A stretch of 64,000 nucleotides of DNA from an uncultured Bacillales bacterium (GTDB lineage: Bacteria; Bacillota_I; Bacilli_A; RFN20; CAG-826): NCBI GenBank assembly GCA_946409515.1, contig CAMJWS010000001.1, positions 1,557-65,556 on the forward strand, written 5' to 3'. The stretch's first letter is position 1, and each line of letters opens with the position of its first letter. Of this stretch, positions 58,456-64,000 are shown in pieces. The notes beneath the pieces are model-generated. The model was not told the DNA's origin, ran no database searches, and was given only the letters and a program-made list of their open reading frames with translations. The position numbers and the translations under genes were made by a program.

Positions 58456-59243
58456 ATTGGTCTTTCCCAGTTATATTTTTTAAAGTATGACTTTTTATCT
58501 TTAGCGTAAGTAAGTTTGGATAGCATCGCGCCTAAAAAGAAGAAACCAAGGTATGGGAATAATGGCATATGGTCCGCTTGAACAAGATTTTTCGAACCAA
58601 TGACATCATCACCAACATATGGCCTCCATAAGAATGGAACATATGTGTTCTTACCAAATGTAGTTCTAGAAAGAACCTGACATAATGGGTGAAGGGCTAA
58701 ACCAATTAATCCCACTACTAAGAGCCACTTCCAGTTCTTTTGCTCAAAGAAACAATATAATAACGTTGACCAGCCTAAAACACCGATGACGTTAAAGTCG
58801 ATTCTAAAGTCGGTAACACCAACGTTAAGATTAGAAGAAACTAATGCTCCTTTAATGATATTTGTGACAATGAACAATAATGCCCAAATGCCCACCATTT
58901 GCATCGCTCTTTTACTATTGCTCTTAGAGAAAGCACAAGAAATACCACTGATAAAGCAGAAACTAATTAAACAAATCCAACGCACCCACATTCTCACTGG
59001 ATGAGTCCAGTAGAAATTCGTTGCCAGGTTAATAGCGTAATATGGTTGAAGATGTTCCGCTCCTGCCCAGCCACTACTAAAGTTCATAGTGAAATTGAAA
59101 ATGTGATCTATGACGACAAGGATAATCAAAATACCACGGAAGAAATCAATTTCGTGGATACGAGTGTCGAATGGTTTTCTTTTAATAACTACTTCTTCTT
59201 CAGGCATAACGTAGTTAGTATACCACTTTTGGCATACTAACAA
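58362..59243 (-). CDS. Integral membrane acyltransferase-like protein (DUF1624 / acyltransferase-3-related).
   Basis: FDTRIHEIDFFRGILIILVVIDHI N-terminal signature and ~8 TM helices. Confidence 0.5.
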   Translation of the reverse strand: MLVCQKWYTNYVMPEEEVVIKRKPFDTRIHEIDFFRGILIILVVIDHIFNFTMNFSSGWAGAEHLQPYYAINLATNFYWTHPVRMWVRWICLISFCFISGISCAFSKSNSKRAMQMVGIWALLFIVTNIIKGALVSSNLNVGVTDFRIDFNVIGVLGWSTLLYCFFEQKNWKWLLVVGLIGLALHPLCQVLSRTTFGKNTYVPFLWRPYVGDDVIGSKNLVQADHMPLFPYLGFFFLGAMLSKLTYAKDKKSYFKKYNWERPICFVGRHTLLIYGTHVLVIFGILSLVGLFIK

Positions 59244-59267
59244 GATGTATTTTTATTTTTATAAGAA

Positions 59268-60167
59268 TTAATCAAGAATAAAGTGCGCCCAATCCTCATA
59301 AACTTGGAGATATTCATCTTCGTTATGAATCTCATGACGCATATGTGGATAAAGTTTTAATGTGACATTATTGACTCCTAAGTCTTTATAAGCTTTTTCT
59401 AACCACTTCACACCTTTACCGTTTTGACCAACTGGGTCTTCTTCACCAGACGTGATGAAAATAATTTCATCTTTAGAGACTTTCTTCATATTCTTTTTCT
59501 TCCAGATTTGGGCCATGCCTTTAAGGAATTCTCTCCAGAAGCCACCGGTATTCATATGTCCTAAATATGGATCAGCGACATAGGCATCAACGTTCTTTTC
59601 ATTATATGAAAGCCAGTCAACACCTGTTCTTGGATTTTTGATTTGTTTGTTATAGCCACCTAAGCCTAAATTAGTGAAGAACTTATTTGGTTTGTCCCAG
59701 TTAGATTTATGGATGAGCATTTTGGCTAGTACTGCGGCAATGGACATAAGTCCACCTTGACCACCATTACTACCAATAATTAATGTCTTATCCGCGGCTA
59801 ATGGATATTTTTCTAATCTTGCTTGGGTGGTGAATGAACCCATGGAGTGACCACCTTGAATGGTTGGTAAACCATTTTTCTTGGCTTCTAATATTGTTAA
59901 ATATAAAGCATCAACAATCTTATCAAAAGCATCACGAGGCCATTTTTGTAAATCATCTTCTGTTGGAGCATTAAGCCCTTGACCAAAATGGTCTAAAATC
60001 CAAACGTTAATATCTTTTTCATTTAAATAATTCGCTAAACGTTCATATCTTGTCGCATATTCTTGCATGCCGGTGATAAAAACAAAATTGGCCTTACCAT
60101 TTTTAACGAGCCATTTAGCGCCTTTTACTTTTTCTCCGGTTTCTAAAGCGATTTCAAAAACTTCCAT
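59268..60167 (-). CDS. Alpha/beta-hydrolase, lysophospholipase/monoacylglycerol-lipase-like.
   Basis: Nucleophile elbow GGHSMGSF. The catalytic Asp/His are at EEDPV and the C-terminal HMRHEI. Confidence 0.7.
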   Translation of the reverse strand: MEVFEIALETGEKVKGAKWLVKNGKANFVFITGMQEYATRYERLANYLNEKDINVWILDHFGQGLNAPTEDDLQKWPRDAFDKIVDALYLTILEAKKNGLPTIQGGHSMGSFTTQARLEKYPLAADKTLIIGSNGGQGGLMSIAAVLAKMLIHKSNWDKPNKFFTNLGLGGYNKQIKNPRTGVDWLSYNEKNVDAYVADPYLGHMNTGGFWREFLKGMAQIWKKKNMKKVSKDEIIFITSGEEDPVGQNGKGVKWLEKAYKDLGVNNVTLKLYPHMRHEIHNEDEYLQVYEDWAHFILD

Positions 60168-60317
60168 GGTTTTTCTCCTTAATAATTAGATTAACTATAA
60201 TTTATTCTATGAATATATTATCACGAAGGTAATAAAAACTCTACTTAGTTAAAAGAAGTAGATTTTTGTATTTGTTTTTTTGTTTCTTTTTTTAAAAAAT
60301 CATTTCTAACAATAAAA

Positions 60318-60350
60318 AACTCCGCATATTTACTTACGGAGTCTTCTTAT
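60318..60350 (-). terminator. Rho-independent terminator of the C11-peptidase lipoprotein gene.
   Basis: The minus-strand read is aagactccgtaagtaaatatgcggagttttttatt. Confidence 0.45.
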
Positions 60351-60362
60351 ATCATATGAGAA

Positions 60363-63300
60363 TTATAGATTATCAAATAACGCTTTCCAATTAGTGAGAT
60401 TCGATTGATTTTGTGGATAATCATAACCAAGAATTGGTGTATGGAACGCTAAGCCATTAGAGTTGCCAGCTTTATCCCCTTTAGCGCTGTAAGCGACTAA
60501 TTGACCATAAGCGATCTTAACTTCGTTAATGGTCGAGGCAAAGGAAGAAAACTTATTATTACCAGCTAGTTTATTTAGGAAATCCTTACCATCAATTAAG
60601 CAATATCCTTCATCAAAACCATCATATTTTTTACAACCATTAATAACACTCTTAAATGTGCTCTTGTTGCTATTGACTGTGTTTTTAATGGCCGCGGCCA
60701 TTGCTTCGTGCTTAGTGAAATAGTTATTAGATTCATTTAAGTCGAGAACGGAAAGAGTTTGGTTATTACCACTAGAGCCCCAAAAACCCCAGCCACCACT
60801 ACTATTATTATCAGCAATAAAAGTGTCACAAATCTCAGATAAGACTGACAATGTATCTTCGCCAGCATAGAGGTTATCAAGCCAGTTATCATAGTCCCAA
60901 CCAGCCCCTGCCTCAGATTCTTCGCTACCAACCATATAATTGAAATATTTGGAATTGAACTCAGCAATATCAGCAACTTGCATTAAGCAGCAATCATAGC
61001 CAATAAATTCCAATTTTTTATTAAGGTTTTGTGTAGTAAAGACGTTACTCATAGCGTTTTTAACTTCTAAAGGAGTTAAACCATCACCACCATAGTTTTC
61101 ATCAAAGCAGCAGCCATCAAGACCACCACCATGATTCCAGAAGACGACACCAGTTTTATCGGCTGGATATTCTTCAAGGCCCCAGTTGATAAATGATTCA
61201 AGTGTGGATTGTAAGCCCATATTAGTTTTGTTTAATAATTCATCTTGAACTAGTTTCTTGTTTTCAATGTGGTATCTACCGAGTTTACTAGCGGAAATGC
61301 CATGTCCATGCCAAGATCTCGCGCCACCAGTTTCGATGACAATATTGACATCATCTGGCTGATTATCAACAGATAGCATTTCGGTGATATCACCAGAAGC
61401 AAAACTACTATCACTTTCAAGATCAGCACCACAGATATAGAACAAGATAGTCCAGGCATCATTTTTAGATTCAGTAACCGAGACATCAAATGTGGCAATG
61501 ATTTCTTCGCCTCTATTGAAAGCCTTAGCAGTGATTGTAGCTTTTCCAAGATTAATGGCGGTAACAATGCCGCTTTGATTCACTTCAGCTATCTTTTCAT
61601 TGCTGGATGACCATTCAACATATTTTTCATTTGTGTTTTCTGGTTCAAAAGTAACACCTAGTTTGCCAGATCTACCTTTTGAAATTTCAGTATCACCACT
61701 AATGGTGATTGCAGTTGGATAAATAATTTCAACAGTTTCAACAGTAAAGAGTTGAAGTTGTTTCATGTTTTTTCTATTTGCAGCACTAACGGTGGTTACT
61801 TTGTTTGTTTGAGGATTGAAGTAAATGCTTCCGTATTTTGTCTGGTTGTTCATCACTAGAGTTGTATTACCACTATTAGAGATAATCCAATCCATAGAAC
61901 CTTTATCCCATGTTAATTCGCCAATACCAGTAGCGCCTAGTTTTCTACCTTTGGCGTCAGTTAATGTCCAACGACCGTTACTAGTTTTTTTCAACTTGAA
62001 ACGGACGACATTAGAAGCTACGGAAACAATGTTACCATTGTTATATTGACATTTTTGGGCTTCGAAAGAGCCATCATTTAAACCATTAGCGACGATGCTA
62101 TATTCAACATTGCCGAGAACGATAACATCTCCATCTTTTAACTGATTGGAATTAGTAATTGGAGAAGCGATGGTTTTCTTGGTTGGAACTTCTTCATAAG
62201 CATAAGCGTGGAATGAGAATTTATGATCTGAATTTGTGAATTCCACTTTGGCATCAGCGCCAGGTTTAGTGGCACTATGGTCATCACCATTTGTGAACAC
62301 TTCCCAACCTGCTTGTTTCAATATATTAATGTATGAAGTAGAAATAGTGATTTCACCATGATCTACTTCATCATCAGTGTTTGCATAAAAGTATTTACTG
62401 CTATCTTCGTTAAAATCCACACCACTAGTCCAGGCATTGTAGCCAACTGGTGTTGGAACGACACTTTTGATTGATTCATCTTCAAGGAATGAAGCAAAAT
62501 CGGCAGCTGGGAATTGATCAGTTGGCTTGTTAACAACGATATCTACGGTCGCTGATTTGCCATCATAAGAAACAGTAATTGTCTGTGTACCATAGTTTTC
62601 TTTATCGTAGCCCACTACTTGATAGTCATTAACGACGTAATGGGTATTATTTGAATAATAAGCAGTGACTGTTAAATCTAATTCATCACCAATTTCATAG
62701 CCTGTTTCCGCTTTATTATCAATAACCGTGAGATTAGTAATCACAGGATCGTTGACTTTAACTTCAACAGTTGTGGTTTTGGTTTCATATGTGACAACGA
62801 CTGTTTGATTGCCTGGTGTCATATTGTCGTAGCCAGTGACATCATAATCAGTCACTTCTTTAGTTGTTTCGTCAGAATATGTTGCGGTGACTGTTAAGTC
62901 TAATACATCACCAATTTCATAACTTTCTTTGTTATTAATAGCTCTGATGTTCATTAAAACAGCGGGATTAACCGTAACAGTGATTGTTGTGGATTTTTCA
63001 CCATAGGTGATGGTAACTTCTTGTTCGCCAGCGGTTCTATTGTTAAAACCAGTAACATCATATTCACTGATGATAGCGGTATCGCCATTTGAATAGTGAG
63101 CAGTGACTGTTAAGTCTAATGTATCACCAATTTCATAACTACTTTTATTACTAACAGCGGTAATTTCAGTTAAGACAACTGTAGCAATTGATGAATCACC
63201 ACTGGAGGTCTTATCGTTATTACTAATAGAGCTAGATTCAAAAGAAGAGACTTGGCTAGAGGTAGGTTCATTACTGTTTGAATTCGCATTGTTTGAAAAA

Positions 63301-63386
63301 CCACTAAAGTCGCAAGCGCCCAATACCATTGTGGCACTCACAATCAAAGTGGCTAATGCAATCTTTCTTTTAACTTGTTTGATCAT
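60363..63386 (-). CDS. Lipoprotein with three tandem bacterial Ig-like domains, an additional Big_2-like domain and a C-terminal clostripain-like (C11) cysteine peptidase domain.
   Basis: Lipobox VLGAC. Three ~75-aa repeats (YEIGDxLDLTVTAxYSxxT...VTGYD...TQTVTVTY). C11 His/Cys region WTILFYICGADLESD...VFWNHGGG...FIGYDCCLMQVADIAEF, compare clostripain (WDHGSG, GFDACLM). Confidence 0.6.
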   Translation of the reverse strand: MIKQVKRKIALATLIVSATMVLGACDFSGFSNNANSNSNEPTSSQVSSFESSSISNNDKTSSGDSSIATVVLTEITAVSNKSSYEIGDTLDLTVTAHYSNGDTAIISEYDVTGFNNRTAGEQEVTITYGEKSTTITVTVNPAVLMNIRAINNKESYEIGDVLDLTVTATYSDETTKEVTDYDVTGYDNMTPGNQTVVVTYETKTTTVEVKVNDPVITNLTVIDNKAETGYEIGDELDLTVTAYYSNNTHYVVNDYQVVGYDKENYGTQTITVSYDGKSATVDIVVNKPTDQFPAADFASFLEDESIKSVVPTPVGYNAWTSGVDFNEDSSKYFYANTDDEVDHGEITISTSYINILKQAGWEVFTNGDDHSATKPGADAKVEFTNSDHKFSFHAYAYEEVPTKKTIASPITNSNQLKDGDVIVLGNVEYSIVANGLNDGSFEAQKCQYNNGNIVSVASNVVRFKLKKTSNGRWTLTDAKGRKLGATGIGELTWDKGSMDWIISNSGNTTLVMNNQTKYGSIYFNPQTNKVTTVSAANRKNMKQLQLFTVETVEIIYPTAITISGDTEISKGRSGKLGVTFEPENTNEKYVEWSSSNEKIAEVNQSGIVTAINLGKATITAKAFNRGEEIIATFDVSVTESKNDAWTILFYICGADLESDSSFASGDITEMLSVDNQPDDVNIVIETGGARSWHGHGISASKLGRYHIENKKLVQDELLNKTNMGLQSTLESFINWGLEEYPADKTGVVFWNHGGGLDGCCFDENYGGDGLTPLEVKNAMSNVFTTQNLNKKLEFIGYDCCLMQVADIAEFNSKYFNYMVGSEESEAGAGWDYDNWLDNLYAGEDTLSVLSEICDTFIADNNSSGGWGFWGSSGNNQTLSVLDLNESNNYFTKHEAMAAAIKNTVNSNKSTFKSVINGCKKYDGFDEGYCLIDGKDFLNKLAGNNKFSSFASTINEVKIAYGQLVAYSAKGDKAGNSNGLAFHTPILGYDYPQNQSNLTNWKALFDNL

Positions 63387-63404
63387 AATTGTTTTCTTTT
63401 GCGA

Positions 63405-63998
63405 TTATTTGATGACTCTTCTTTCGAAAGGAGAGTTTTTATAGAATTCGTCTTTTGCTTTATACATTTGTTTTTCCGCTTCTTTATTTAACTCATTGAA
63501 TGACATTTCACGATTTCCACGATAAGCATAGCCAACGGAACAGTAATAAGGGGTTTTGCTCAATTCTTCATTGAACTGGGCTATTGCTTCTTTTATATCT
63601 TCTTCACTAGTGTTGACCGCCAAAACTGCGAATTCGTCACCACCAACACGGTATATGTACATGTCTTTCTTCGCCACTTTCTTAGCGATATCAGCAATTG
63701 TCTTAATGCCCCTATCACCTTCGGTGTGACCGAAGTTGTCATTTAAGTATTTAAGACCGTTCATATCAAATTCAATGATGCCTGTAACGGAACGGCCCAT
63801 TCTTTCGATATCCAAGAATAAAGTTTCGCGGTTGAATAAACCAGTTAGGCTATCAACTTGTGTTTGTTCGGTATATAGGAATATGTAATATTCAAGCGCA
63901 GTGACTGCGACTGTGGAATTAATTAAATAAACATCTGCATGATCGTTAAGGAACGTTTCAAAGACAACCGCAAGGATGATAAATAACGCACATACCAA
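63405..63998 (-). CDS. GGDEF-domain diguanylate cyclase (canonical GGDEF); the N-terminus probably extends beyond the window edge.
   Basis: LTGLFNRETL...FDMNGLKYLNDNFGHTEGDRGI...RVGGDEFAVL. Confidence 0.7.
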   Translation of the reverse strand: MVCALFIILAVVFETFLNDHADVYLINSTVAVTALEYYIFLYTEQTQVDSLTGLFNRETLFLDIERMGRSVTGIIEFDMNGLKYLNDNFGHTEGDRGIKTIADIAKKVAKKDMYIYRVGGDEFAVLAVNTSEEDIKEAIAQFNEELSKTPYYCSVGYAYRGNREMSFNELNKEAEKQMYKAKDEFYKNSPFERRVIK

Positions 63999-64000
63999 TG

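Noticed and set aside
1-64000. CRISPR array or cas genes.
   Set aside because: No regularly spaced short direct repeats with unique spacers were seen. The only tandem repeats are in-frame coding repeats at 1378-3351 and 17400-18300.
1-64000. Genetic code 4 (UGA=Trp), as in Mycoplasma.
   Set aside because: tRNA-Trp has anticodon CCA, and long ORFs are intact under standard stops.

Overview
This 64-kb window is low-GC (about one-third GC) and reads as a Firmicutes/Mollicutes-like chromosome using the standard genetic code: tRNA-Trp has anticodon CCA, and the long ORFs are open under stop-TGA translation. It is dense in Ser-rich lipoproteins with Cys lipoboxes. Most genes are on the minus strand.

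Main content:
- 1-4300: an accessory island of tandem homing-endonuclease-type genes abutting a tRNA-fMet. It holds a GIY-YIG nuclease with four NUMOD1/IENR1 repeats, a Vsr-like PD-(D/E)XK nuclease embedded in nine novel ~43-aa tandem repeats, an AbiEi-like wHTH protein, and a partial third nuclease gene at the window edge. This is the best candidate for an undescribed system.
- 4413-5410: housekeeping genes rpsU and deoC.
- 5503-18885: a 12-kb gene for a 3999-aa surface protein with collagen-like Gly-X-Y runs, a Listeria-Bacteroides repeat and dozens of BspA-type LRR modules, followed in the same operon by a membrane protein.
- 19582-19833: rpmF with a Lys/Ala-rich tail.
- 20029-22210: a LytS-type histidine kinase plus a SARP-type response regulator.
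- 22523-25274: an rsmE-[unknown 260-aa ORF]-mtaB operon.
- 25274-25714: a zinc-ribbon/TM2 domain membrane protein.
- 26085-34234: a CotH-kinase-like lipoprotein, MATE and MntP transporters, a GNAT acetyltransferase, and a 1140-aa fused ABC ATPase-FtsX protein.
- 34363-34935: a tRNA cluster (Ser-TGA, Met-CAT, Ala-TGC) with a truncated yloV-like fragment.
- 34993-39010 and 60363-63386: secreted Ser-rich lipoprotein hydrolases (HEXXH metalloprotease, metallophosphoesterase/5'-nucleotidase, Ig-like + C11 clostripain-like peptidase).
- 39087-40223 and 63405-63998: two GGDEF proteins, one with a degenerate SGDEF motif.
- 40380-42560: an aldehyde dehydrogenase and a multi-TM YhhN-like membrane protein.
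- 43594-46031: a GT8 glycosyltransferase-PlsC acyltransferase fusion with a CrtO-like membrane partner.
- 46326-48729: a TetR-regulated MacB/FtsX efflux operon.
- 49945-52006 and 56710-60167: lipid-handling hydrolase, acyltransferase and acyl-CoA ligase genes.
- 52456-54053: a PadR/membrane protein/GNAT module.
- 54250-55265: a TfoX-N-domain protein and a 156-aa unknown ORF.
- 55297-55505: an orphan 5S-rRNA-like element with a 22-bp terminal inverted repeat and an internal insertion, flanked by repeated hairpin elements.
- 55750-55823 and 56608-56692: tRNA-Trp(CCA) and tRNA-Leu(CAG).

No CRISPR array, integrase or transposase was seen. All tRNA, terminator and domain calls were made by eye from the sequence and need confirmation with tools.
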